Shown here piece by piece: positions 41,301 to 52,682 of a stretch of DNA of 64,000 bases. The notes beneath the pieces were generated by a model. The model made no database searches, was not told the DNA's origin, and saw nothing but the letters and a program-made list of their open reading frames with translations. The position numbers were made by a program, and so were the translations under genes. The stretch spans positions 2,978,001 through 3,042,000 of the forward strand of contig NC_087252.1 of assembly GCF_037042905.1 (NCBI RefSeq). Direction: 5' to 3'. The first letter of the stretch is position 1, and the number at the start of each line of letters is the position of its first letter. This DNA is from Lytechinus pictus. Lineage: Eukaryota.

Positions 41301-44300
41301 TAAAACAAAATTATGATGTTTTTGAGTGAGAACCCTTTCAATTTCACAATAGCGTTTCAATACGTTCTTAAAAGAGCTACAACACATCCGATCACCCTTA
41401 CAACGTGTCGAAAAAATAAAATATTTAGCGTAAAGAATATAACGGTTAACAGTAGAGTATTGAGCGATAGGGCAACCAAACAAAACAAAAATCGTATTCA
41501 AATACTCGTCATTGTTCAAAAAGAGGTTTGGAAGTTTTGAATAAATTGTTGAGTTACAGGGCAGTCCCAAAACAGATGTGAAATACTTTCAACAGAGGAA
41601 GAACAACATGTACATGAATGAGATTCAGACAAGCCAATATCGTAAAGATGTTTGTTTACCAAAATTATCCGATCGAGAAGTTTATATTGAAAGTAGCGGA
41701 GTTTTGTTGAAAGACATCGTTTAAAGGGAATCATATACAATCTATTCCAATTATTAACCGGTTCATTTAAAATGGATGCCCATTTCGGTTGCGAAGTCGG
41801 GGACGTTAAGATTTTATCAACATGAATTATATGGATAAACTTGCATACCTTAAAAACATTATTTATATTATATAACAAATATTCTTGAGTTCTACTCTCA
41901 ACAAGATGTTGACGAAAATTTTTCCATTCATTGGGTACGACTCCAAGCAATTAAAATTTCTCGAATTAATTGATTATTTATTTGTAATATTTTGGGATCA
42001 TCGTGTTTTAAATTACATGTCCAAAACAATTCTCATCTTAATCTTTGGGGTCTTAATCTTTGCAGCATGTCCTGGGATGGAAAAAAGTAACAGGTATATT
42101 TATATATGTGTATAAAATGTACTTTCAAACCCCAATAGTCAATTAACTGCATAATCTAATGAGATTTTTGTTCCAATGTATGACGACAACGCGAACTTGC
42201 TGTTGATTGTATTTCTGTCATGTTAGTTTGCCATCCCTAAAGTATACATCTGCTATCCTTTTTTGACTTTCCTATAGTTCTTATTCAGGATACTGTAGTC
42301 TCAGACTACAGGACCGCATACACCAATAATTCGGTCGTGCAAATCCAAGTTGAACAATCCTATCAGTTTCGCTGCTCCCTCGTTCTTCCAACAAAACCTC
42401 GCGTTGAGATTGTCTGGGAGGGACAGCAAATAGATTTCACAATGGATGATCAGGTCGATGAACCGAGCAGTGACGACAGTGGCCTAGTGACGTCACATCG
42501 TGTGGTCCACGTGACGGGAGGCATGCAGGATTCTGGGAAGGCTTTAAGCTGCTTAGCAACGCATCCCACGACGGGTCAGACGGTGGTTTCTAGGGTTGTT
42601 TTGGATGTCCAAGGTAAGACAAATTTCGAGAAAATAACTAGATTAGTAATGAGCTTAGTAAAATTGATGCACTAATTTCTTATACTCTAGTAATACATAT
42701 TATTATTTCCTACTAAGGAATAGCCCATTTCACCCTCTCATCTCGTCATTGTTACTAGATCCTAGTTAAACTACTCAGTTACTGTATATATACTTATATA
42801 TTTAAGAAGTACCATCTGGCTCATTTTTTTAACCAAGGAGCCGCAATCCAAATCTGGACTTAAAATATGGTGACACTGAAAATGAAAAATAATAATGAAC
42901 TTCGCAGCATGATCTCCTCGCGTGACAAACTATCGCGATAAATATCAGTAGAACGGGCCTTAAGTTCTTTTAAAATTAAAAGAAAATATTTACTTTTACT
43001 TTTTTCTTGGTACCACAGCATGCCCGTTGTCTGTCATGGTCCACGAATGCCCGACATCGGTAATTTCCGGGAACTCGGCAACTCTTCGATGCCGTTCGGC
43101 AGCTACTTCGCCTCCACCCGTGCTCTACTGGCTCTACGACGGCGTCCGTGTTCAAAATTCCACATCGACCATTGCCGAAGACGGTGCGAACGTTTTATCG
43201 CATACCAAATTATTCGACAGATTAGACTTCAACAGGGAGTTCAAATGTTGTATCGAGTCCACTGCAATGTGCAACCAGCTATGTTCCGATTCATGCAGAC
43301 CAGATATTCTATGTAAGGATGGAGGGCAATTCAATAATATCCAGTTGTGTATAACTGTTTTTGGTTAGAATATAATAGAAATACACTGGTAATGATATCA
43401 ACAACAATGATATTGACAAAGGTTATTGATTTCTAATGATAACATTTTTACTAAAATGTGATATGGGGTTCCAGGAAAAATAATGGATCTACATGAACAT
43501 TGTGCTTCGGTTTCACCTTAACATGTGGTGATTCGCCGTAAGGTTTGTCTTATCTTTCCTAATTAAGTTGTTCTGGAACAAACCCGTGCGTTTTGTTACC
43601 CTATAGTACGACATGAATTCGTGATATCAATTATAGTATTAATGATTCTGATGATGATGTAGTCTGATAAATCGCTAAAATTTACCCAAGCATGACGCAA
43701 CAGAAGAGCAGTCAGCTACAGTTCATGCATTTTAATACCAAAGAACCAATATTTTACCTCTATATGCAGATCCTGTTTCGAATGTGGTGGTCCACTCCAG
43801 CGTACCCATTGACAGCGTGATAGAAGGAACCCGGGATTTTGAAGTCAATTGCACTGCGAGCGGCAACCCAATGGGGTCGTCCTTCATCGGCTGGACGCGT
43901 ATAGACGAAGATGGTAACGTCGCTGGACCACAGAGGGAATCGCCGATGAAGTTTACCGCGGTTAGTCGGTCGGATGCCGGAAGGTACCGCTGTACGGTCG
44001 ACAACGGTGTGGGTTCAAGCCGCTTTGAAACCGTGAAGATCATAGTCTACCGTAAGTCTTTGGTAGTGGGTTAGACACTGGCGTAAATCCGTGTTGATTG
44101 GTGGGGGGGATGACTGAAATATTTTGGCATTTTTTTGCAATCATGTTTTTAGATATGCAAGGAATTGTCATTGATATGTCCACAGTGGCGTACCGTGGGT
44201 CACGGCATTGGGGAGGGGGGCACCAGTAAAATTTTTGAATCACTAAGTGAGTGCGCGAAGCGCGCTAAGTTGCCAGTTATACTGACCTAATAGAGACATT

Positions 44301-47300
44301 TTAAGGACAATGTCATTAAACGGATATGTATCTCACTGATCAAATAATGCGAGCGCGAAGCGCGAGCTGAAATATTTTATATTCACACCTAAAAAGGGAC
44401 AATATAATCAAATTTGTGTAATCATGATAGGTACCTGTCTCGCTAAACAATGCGCGCGCGAAGCGCGAGCTGAAAACTTAGATAATTCAGACCTGAAGTG
44501 GGGCATTCTAAGGTTTCTTTGTAGGAATTAACTAGGACCATACGTATTTCATTAAACAAATGATGCGAGCGCGAAGCGCGAGCTGAAAATTTTTGATATT
44601 CAGATCAGAAGGGACATTTTAAGGACTGATTTTAGGAATTCATGAAGAGCAGACATATCTCACCAATCCACTAGACTAGTGCGCACGTAATCACGGACAG
44701 GAAATGTTTCATATATAAGAAGACCTTAACATGGGGCAATCACTTTTGAGTCATGAAAAAGAAGCATATGTCACTACATAAAACAATGATAACTCAAGTG
44801 CTAGGAAATATATTTGGTTTATATTGACTTGAAAACGGGATGTTTTAGTACAACAGGATTATATATCTCGTTAAACAGACAATGCTAGCACCGGGAACAA
44901 TAAAAAAAAAGACGTAGGCCCTGGGCAAATTATGTTTCATAAAGTTGTAATGTAACATAACATAATTATAATATAATATAACATTATAATGAATATTTTC
45001 TTCTTTCCCACTACGTTTCTCTTCCTTTCTCCCTTTTTTCTCCTTTCCCCCTTTCCCCGTTTTTTTTTTGTCAGCCGATGGGGGGGGGGGGGGATGTGCC
45101 CCCCATGCCCCCCGTATTTACGCCACTGTATGTCCATATGGCAAAACCCCTCCAATATTATTATCCTTTTTTTTACCCCATGATGGTTTAATGGTTTTAT
45201 TATAGATTACATTAAAAAAAAATTGACATTCCATCTTAATCCCTTCCCAAAGACCCCAACATTGATGAATTGGAAGAAACAGGGGTTTCTCTTCAATGTT
45301 ATAATAAGGACATAAGTATTTCGTTTGGAAATGGTGAAATGGCTCTTTATTTGCATTTTATGATTCAATAATATTGTTTTATTTGTTAAGCGGTATTTTA
45401 GGAAGAATTTTCACCAATAAAACAATTATCTCTTGTGATTTTTTTTTTCATTTCTTTCGTAAAAAGTGGGGGGGGGATGTTTGTACAGGCCATCCCCCCC
45501 TCCTCGAAAAGTGGGGGGATATATCCCCCCATCCCCCCCGGGATTTACGCCAGTGGGGTTAGAATCATCGAGTCTAATTTCGATTCCATAGGAGGTCATA
45601 TGGAGAAAAAGAAATGGAATCTTTTTTCATTTGGGCAGTTAAAGTAAATATGGCCAAAATACATCAGAGAACATCATAAAAAAAATCTAAGTGTCTTTTT
45701 TTCTTCATTAATTTTCACCTTATTTGTGAGCGGGGCCTTTTGTCTGGTGGACTTGGGTCGTTTTTAGGACCATATACATGGTAGACTTCTGTACTACTGA
45801 ATGTATACAATTGATACACAAGAGATTTGCTTTATATATCAGACAAATATAGTGCCACTTTTCTTTGTGTATTTTAGGTTTTTTTTTCATAGCTGATGTT
45901 ATTTGGGATGAGCGAGCGGGTGTGGGTGTGTGGATGTTAAATGTGAGGACATGTGTATGTGTTGCAAATACTTAAAAAAAAAATAGAGTTTGCAAAAAGA
46001 CGTATCATTCATGTTTTACAGTTCCATCTTCCTCCATCCATGACACCAAGAAGTCTTAAGCACACAAACAACAGTTCAAGAATGGGTAGGGGTGGGTATG
46101 GTCTTTCCCTTTTATTTTTTTAATCAAATAGAAAAATAAGAAATACAGAGGATCCCCACTAAAGTTCAGTTTGAGGGTGTAAATGGAGTGAGAACTTTTC
46201 CTTAGCAAGGACCTTTATCTCATGCTTGCCAGAGATTTTATGGTAAAATGTTGCTTGCCAGTGATGGGGGGGGGGGGGGGGGGACAAGAAGTACATGTAT
46301 AGACATCTGCAAGTTAACTTCAACTTATTACTTTTTAAACATTTTAGACCAGGTCCAAAACAAAAACAAGATTCCACTTTACATCTGATCAATATTGAAC
46401 ATACCTATCTCCTCACCCCCCCCCCCCCAAAAAAAAACACAATAATAATAATCTAAAATTGAATAAAGTTAAATATTCAGACGAATAATGTTAATCCGTC
46501 ACAACGATTGAACAACATCTCTGTCAAATAAAATATAAAAACACCACTAATATAATGCAGTTAGTGAATGTACAGAGTTGAATGTAATGAGAGAGGGCGC
46601 TGTGATATGAAGGTAAGAAAAGCCCAAGTCCTGGGCTTGGGCTTTTCTTACATTCATACCCGTTGTTTATCCCCCTTTATTTAAGTTACTTCTAAGATGA
46701 TTTCAGATTTATCATTTATACACAAGGTGAGTCATTGTATAAGGAACAATTTCCCATATTTAATTCAATTTCGCCAAAAATTGGACTTGGGCCGTTTTTA
46801 TATTCAGATACTCTTGCAACTGTACTTAGCCATCTATGACATCGAATTCCCATCGGACGAATAAATAATATCGTTTCAGAAGTTTTAGACAACATTTAAA
46901 TCCTAATTAATTGTCATAGAATACCATACGCCATAGACTTTCAACTGTTGATCATACCCCCCTTGTCATTATATAGATCCTCCAAACATCACCAACGAAG
47001 AATACCGTGCCCATCGCAACGAAGGCGAATCAGTATCACTGACCTGCAACGCAACGGCGAACCCTAGGCCAAAGATCACATGGTACACTCCCGATAACCG
47101 AACGATCAGTGGCCCGCCCTCTGCAGTAGAAACTACAACAGAGCAAAGTGACTACTCTATCAACATCAGCAGTAGGCTGGATATAGTCAATATAGTTCCG
47201 GCCGTCCATTACGGGATATATTGGTGCGTAGCGGAAAATGACTACGGAAGGGCTGAGATAAGTGTGACTCTCGGCGGAAAGTGTAAGTATAATAATCACA

Positions 47301-50300
47301 AAAGGGACTCTATTCATCTAGGAAAGGTTTTCACTTGATTTTGAGATAATCCTGCTAATTAAGAAATGAGGCACTCATGATGGGCTCCTTATAATCAATA
47401 TATCAAATATTGTAACCTATCCTGTCTACTTACCAGTGCATATTATTTAAGAAAAAACGTGGCATTGTAAAGACTCTTCTGCTGCTTCTGAATATTAAAA
47501 CGAAATATCACTTATCGGAGGCATACTGTTGTATGTCCACTACAAAATAAACCCAAGATAACAAGTATGACCACATAAAACCTGTCTGATATTAGAATAC
47601 CATTGCCCTTCTGATAACTTATTTTCCTCGAACCTACAGCCAAACCCGCCCCACCAACGGCAGTTAGTTTCATCCAAAAGACAACCACCCAGACATCCCT
47701 GGACGTCATCTGGCGGCCGGGGCACGATGGAGGCGCTGATGAGACATTTACCGTGAGGTCATGTCTAGTGGGAGCCAATGAGAAGTGTACTGTTCATCGC
47801 GGTATAACAGATACGCATTTCAACATCACCGCGTTGCTGCCGTACTCGCTATACGACGTCACAGTAACCGGAGTCAATGTTTTCGGGGAGAGCGAAGCGT
47901 CACAACCTGCTCGAAATTCCACAGCTCGTAAGTTTCCTATTTTTTTTTACTCACAAGTATAGAGACTGATCTCGGCCTTTGCGCAACCCTCCCTAAAGAT
48001 GAAGACTTTGTAAAAGCGCCGTGATGTAGCGGTTCTGACTCTCGTCTTGTAGTCAGAGTGTCTTGAGTTCGAATCCCACCATGGCCTAGCGTCCTTTCGC
48101 AAGGCGTCAATCAACACTTTGCCACTCTCACCCAGGTGCTAATTTGTTACCGATATAAAATAACTGTCATTGTGGTCGGTTTGGCAAGTGTGCGCCTAAC
48201 AGGCTACTAAAAGATATAAATCGAGTGACCGCGTAATAATAATTCTTAAGCGATTGAGAAGTCGCAGATTGATAAAGCGCTATATAAAAGCCAATTATTA
48301 ATATTATTATTAAAATTATGAAATTTACAGGAGTATCACCAATTATTTTGAAACCTTTATTGTTTATGTTTTTCACAAACGCATCAGAATATAACTGTAT
48401 GCAAAATCCAGAGTTGCACTTAATGTGAACTCGACTCTTATATCTGTGAAATGCTCAATCATTTTCTATCATGTGTTTAAGTGTTGTATTTACATACAAG
48501 AACTCATGATAATTGTTGATTATTTACCAGCTCGATCAATATTCAGAGGTATTTCACGTTTTAGATTAATTGTGGTATAATATTTTTTTTTCTCTCTATT
48601 CATTTCCGGTTAGCTTTGTCACCTGATCAACTAGGTAAGTTTACAATCGTGTTATCTCATTTCTTTCCATTTAATCACATTATGCTCCTCAATCTCAGGA
48701 TATCACATTATTTTAATTTAGTTAAGTCTTATGCCTTTTTATCAAATTGATTTAAACAAACTGCGTTTTGACAAATTGTTAATTTTAAAGCTATTATGTA
48801 ATCTTCCTTTTTCGAAAGGGTTAAAAAACGGATACAAAGACATAGATAAAACACTGGTTAAACAGGGCTACAAAACGGTAATCAACGTATTGATTCCTTC
48901 ATGGCCGTTATTGACTATGCCTGCTTTTGTTTTTCTTTTTTAAGAACTTTCTACTGCATTGTCATAAAAGTTAATGATGACGGTTGATAGACGATGCGAT
49001 GGATATGACGATTATGATAACAATGATGATGTTGAATGACGGTGTGTATAGTATGTAGATATCTCATGGACAGATTACGTTTATTATACCTTAGTAAATA
49101 ACTTCAACCCTCTTTGTATCCGAATCCAGGTGTAGTCGCTACGTTTGACATCACATCTGGGTATATTACTGTTAAGCGCAAATCAAACAACACAAGTCCG
49201 ATTCCTAATGACCTCTGCTTTGACTTGGAGGTTAAGGTGATCGTTACTCGACGCGAAGAGGCGTGTCTGAAGCTCAACAATCCAGTCAAAGTGGATACTG
49301 TAGTCTCACAGTCACAAATCTGGTTGCTTAGTTGTGGGCGGGGCGTGTGCAGCGAGGGGGATCACGTGATGTTCCCAGCTCCGCGTAAGTTGTTTTATTT
49401 GATATGCAAGGGAAATACGAGGATATGACAAATTATCAGTTTATTAAAAAAATTAAGCAGCTAACGCAAAAAAAAAAATTATTTACTTTTACAAATTTCA
49501 GCATTTCACTTGTTGCCGTATGTTGATAATCTACAACTACCTGACTATACCATGGCCCTGGGAAACGTGGGTGCTTCTCCAATTTGTCATTACCAAAACC
49601 ATCGTTATTTCGTAGCGAAATGATCGCTTTTATTTATTTCTGTTTGTGTGTTTTTTGCGTGTCTAATTTTATCTCCCCAAAATTATCTTCATAATTGGAG
49701 TGAAAACCCTTTTTTTTTTACTTGCCAATTTTTTTCCAATCAACCACCCCCTCTTCAAAAATTGCCCTAAGGTCCCTTGGTTATTCCAGTTTGGGGAGCA
49801 GAGTGAATTTGATATATTCATTGCATCCATTTTTGTTTTCTGAACAGCCTTGGAAAGTAAATCGCCAGAAACCAATGACCTCGACATCACCAGCCTTGTC
49901 GCTATCGTAGCGGGCGCTGTCGTGTGTCTAGTCGTCATCCTTATCGTATTCGCAGCATGGAAATGGAATAAAAAGAGAGGTAAGACTATTGTTGGTATAG
50001 TATCTTGAAAATTACAACAGATACTGATATCAGTGCTCTATCCATATCTGAATATATTGCGTACATCTCGATTTGTTTGTCGTCACACTTTAGGCTGCTC
50101 TTGACGTATCGGAATAGGTAGAAATTACCAGGTTCCATGGACAGTGGCCTGCTAGCATTGCATGTAGACTATGCTGCTTTTCCATTTCAGATTTCATGCA
50201 TGCTATTTTTTAAAATATATATATATAAAAAAAGATATCACCAACTTCACATCATCCACATTTTTTGTTGAACAGGGCTTTCGTTGTTATTATCTCATAA

Positions 50301-52682
50301 TATGTAGCCGATATCCAGTAATGACAGACAGCCAACTATTAAAGATTCCTTTAAGCCTAAATATTATTTTACAAAGTGTTAAAGGGGAATCCAACCCAAA
50401 TAAATTCTTGTTAAAAAAATGAAAGGTTGAACAATATCGGATAAACAATAAGAAAGTTATGAATTTTTAAAAGCAAATATTGGTAATCAGTATACCAATG
50501 GAGACTTTAAATTTGCCGCATATGTGGGGTCATAGTGATGTAAGGCAAGGACCAGTCTTCCATGCCCTCCAAAACATAACTGACCAAAATGGCATTTTTC
50601 CCAAAAGTTTTACTTCAAGTTATATTTTACTTTCATGATGACATAAAACAATATACTATCTTGATGCCCCAGGGAAATGGGTACTTGGGAGAAAACCAGA
50701 AATACCTGATAATTGAGTACATATCCTACGGGACAGCTGTCCTTGCCCCTTGTCATAATTTACTTCCCAAGTTGCCAAATCTGGAATCAACATAGTCTTA
50801 TGAATCTCAATTTTAAAGCGGTCATAACTCTGTTATTGCTTTTCCAATATATCCTTGAAACTTCTGTTTCATTTATTTTTCTCTTTTCCTATACAACATT
50901 TTATGGCCAAGACTTGATTCCCTTTTAATGTACTGTTGACGGGTTTGTTATTTAAAACAATAGGTCTATATTATAGATATTTGTTTTAATTAAAGGGGAT
51001 TCACCGGGCTTAAGATAACTATAAATGACTAGAGTAAAATTCTCCAAGCAAAATGCTGAAAATCTCATAAAAATATGAGAACAAATAACTAAGTTATTGG
51101 ATTTTAAAGAGGAACATTTTGTGAAATCAGTTTTACGCACGTCGTCATGAATATTCATTGCATAGGCTTATGATATCACATGACTTGTCAATCAATTTTT
51201 TTTTCTTGGAGGAAAAAAATGTGAGGATATGACATTATCAGTTTGCTGATTGAATATTCATAATGACATGCATACATCTGTTTGCCCTAAATAATGTGGA
51301 TCTTCAAAATGTATCTTTGTTATTCATTATCCGATTTTGATCAAACCTTCAGTGTTTTTTTTGTCTTATTTTTCGCTATTTGTTGAAATCAGCCTGGAGT
51401 ACTCCTTTAAATGGCATGAAATTAACACTAATCTGCTTAATAATGCAATTGACATACGAATGACTCCCTTGACCTTGTATCGCAGGTCCTATGCTGCACC
51501 AGCAGATGAGCTCTCGCAAACTTCCAACTTTACCGCGTGGCAATAGTTGTGGCCCGCCCTCACCGTCTTGTCAAGAGGCAATGGAGTCTCAGGTACATGT
51601 ACAAAACTAACCTTAAAAAATGAAGAAATAACTTACAGCTTATTGATGCTATTCATGCACCCCATTTACAGATAACACCAGCATTTGCTTGAAATCTTGG
51701 ACGTCATGTAAAACATTGATCTTATGTTAATTTAATCACTTTCGAAATGTTACTAAATAGTGCATGAGTATGGTAAATCAAATAGCCATCAATTTAATTT
51801 TTATTAAAGCCCGTATAAAGGTTTGGTGAAGTGTCAATAGTATAAATGGTCCATTTGAGCACCTACCTTTCATATTAAGTAATTGGATAGGAGAAGGAAG
51901 CTACAAAGCATATTTCCTTAAAGTATTAACCCATTCCATGATTTAAATACACCCAATTTCGATGTTCAATTGCTGTATTTTTTGGTAAAACACATTTTTT
52001 CTCCAATCCTTCACATCATAACAGTTTGAAAGCATACCTATTTTTATAATCTAGTTCTGAGGTGGACTATTGAAATGGACTTTGGAGACTTGGAGACTTC
52101 AACATTGAAGATCAACTTCTAACGAATGTTTGTATGTTTTATAAAACACACTTTATAAACATATAAACATTTTTTTTTCATATTCCTTTCCAGGTATACG
52201 ACGGTCTCGAGCTGGGATCAGTGAACCAATACATGCATCCTTATGCTCAATCAACTATTCCTGCCAACAAACACTGCAAAGCTCCTTCTAACTGCCCTCC
52301 AGACTCCGATCTCCAATATGGCGACTTAAAAACCGATGATATACCGCCACCAAGCGGCGATAAGGTGAAACAGAATCACATCGAAGGTACCTACACGACT
52401 ACACTCAGTTACTTGCCAATGGGTTCCCCTACCGTTTTAAAGAAATCCGAGCGTAAGCCGAGCAGCCCCGTGGATAATATGGTGACGAGCGAGCCAGCCT
52501 TCATTTATGTGGGTAAAAACAATGGTGAGCCGGAAAATTCCGATGTTCAAACGGCGCTGCTCGTCGACATCGGAGATGAACGAAGGTCGCCGAGCGACAG
52601 CGATGATGGGTACTACTCGGTTCCGAAGAATAGCCGAGTGGCGTCGATTGATGAGACAACCCCGGCGCTCGGGGTCTATTGA
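26299..52682 (+). CDS. Type I membrane Ig-superfamily receptor/adhesion protein (SP-5xIg-FN3-Cys module-TM-Tyr-rich tail; nephrin/sidestep-like architecture), 12 coding exons, 972 aa
   Basis: Exons 26299-26365, 39382-39723, 42278-42613, 43019-43312, 43770-44051, 46977-47282, 47640-47927, 48614-48634, 49130-49384, 49848-49979, 51486-51592 and 52194-52682 sum to 2919 nt with an open frame. All junctions are GT-AG, and the ectodomain exons are phase 1-1 as typical of IgSF genes. Confidence 0.9.
27250..27815. mobile_element. TTAA-flanked (Kolobok-like) MITE
   Basis: ttaa-gggatggtccgggctg...cagcctggaccttccct-ttaa. Confidence 0.8.
33453..33740. mobile_element. hAT-like MITE inserted in a poly-G run
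   Basis: cagaagcggatcta...tggatccgcccctg flanked by G runs. Confidence 0.75.
39382..39723 (+). CDS. IgSF receptor exon 2 (V-set Ig)
   Basis: VEGATVQLSCTY...LAWSKDG...GNLTIFDVGLDDEATYMCSV: canonical C-W-DxxxYxC. Confidence 0.95.
41265..41950 (-). mobile_element. L1/Tx1-clade LINE ORF2 3' fragment (zf-RVT), frameshifted, in IgSF intron 2
   Basis: WNRLY...TKLRYFQYKLLDRI...CTCCSSSVESISHLFWDC, continuing in another frame as VLFG...YILYAKYFIF. Confidence 0.88.
42278..42613 (+). CDS. IgSF receptor exon 3 (C2/CD80-like Ig)
   Basis: YQFRCSL...KPRVEIVW...DSGKALSCLATHP. Confidence 0.93.
43019..43312 (+). CDS. IgSF receptor exon 4 (Cys-rich Ig)
   Basis: GNSATLRCRSAATSPPPVLYWLYDG...FNREFKCC. Confidence 0.92.
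43770..44051 (+). CDS. IgSF receptor exon 5 (Ig)
   Basis: VNCTASGNP...GWTR...VSRSDAGRYRCTVDNGVG. Confidence 0.95.
44076..45555. mobile_element. hAT-like MITE (outer) with 8-bp TSD GGGTTAGA
   Basis: 15-bp TIR cactggcgtaaatcc / ggatttacgccagtg; TSD at 44068-44075 and 45556-45563. Confidence 0.92.
44183..45128. mobile_element. hAT-like MITE (nested, inner) with 8-bp TSD TATGTCCA
   Basis: cagtggcgta...tacgccactg; TSD at 44175-44182 and 45129-45136. Confidence 0.92.
46977..47282 (+). CDS. IgSF receptor exon 6 (I-set Ig; absent from the ORF track)
   Basis: HPPNITNEEYRAHRNEGESVSLTCNATANPRPKITWYTPD...HYGIYWCVAENDYGRAEISVTL. Confidence 0.94.
47640..47927 (+). CDS. IgSF receptor exon 7 (fibronectin type III)
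   Basis: KPAPPTAV...TSLDVIWRPGHDGG...FNITALLPYSLYDVTVTGVNVFGES. Confidence 0.95.
48015..48141 (+). mobile_element. tRNA-derived SINE (different family)
   Basis: A-box-like gtgatgtagcgg, B box gagttcgaatccc, then a core-like gtcctttcgcaaggc...ctctcacccaggtg; degenerate copy near 24240-24370. Confidence 0.7.
48614..48634 (+). CDS. IgSF receptor 21-nt microexon (PLSPDQL)
   Basis: Pyrimidine tract plus tag acceptor, CTTTGTCACCTGATCAACTAG, then gtaagt donor; phase 1-1 and frame-preserving. Confidence 0.7.
   Translation, partial: LCHLIN
49130..49384 (+). CDS. IgSF receptor exon 9 (unassigned 4-Cys membrane-proximal module)
   Basis: cag acceptor, gtaagt donor; GVVATFDITSGYITV...LCFDL...ACLKL...LSCGRGVCSEG. 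Confidence 0.85.
49848..49979 (+). CDS. IgSF receptor exon 10 (transmembrane)
   Basis: ITSLVAIVAGAVVCLVVILIVFAAW followed by the basic stop-transfer KWNKKR. Confidence 0.93.
50383..51406. mobile_element. Two adjacent TTAA-flanked (Kolobok-like) MITEs, 50383-50924 and 50994-51406
   Basis: ttaa-agggga...tccctt-ttaa and ttaa-agggga...ctcct-ttaa; internal ttatccgattttgat motifs shared with the 27250 element. Confidence 0.75.
51486..51592 (+). CDS. IgSF receptor exon 11 (cytoplasmic)
   Basis: cgcag acceptor; GPMLHQQMSSRKLPTLPRGNSCGPPSPSCQEAMESQ; converts phase 1 to phase 0 as required by the last exon. Confidence 0.82.
52194..52682 (+). CDS. IgSF receptor last coding exon (Tyr-rich tail)
   Basis: ttccag acceptor; VYDGLELGSVNQYMHPY...LQYGDL...LSYLPM...GYYSVP...LGVY-stop. 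Confidence 0.88.
   Translation, partial: VYDGLELGSVNQYMHPYAQSTIPANKHCKAPSNCPPDSDLQYGDLKTDDIPPPSGDKVKQNHIEGTYTTTLSYLPMGSPTVLKKSERKPSSPVDNMVTSEPAFIYVGKNNGEPENSDVQTALLVDIGDERRSPSDSDDGYYSVPKNSRVASIDETTPALGVY

Noticed and set aside
47036..47778. Minus-strand ORFs overlapping IgSF exons 6-7 (also 43732-44043 and 52501-52845)
   Set aside because: Antisense shadows of GC-richer coding exons on the plus strand.
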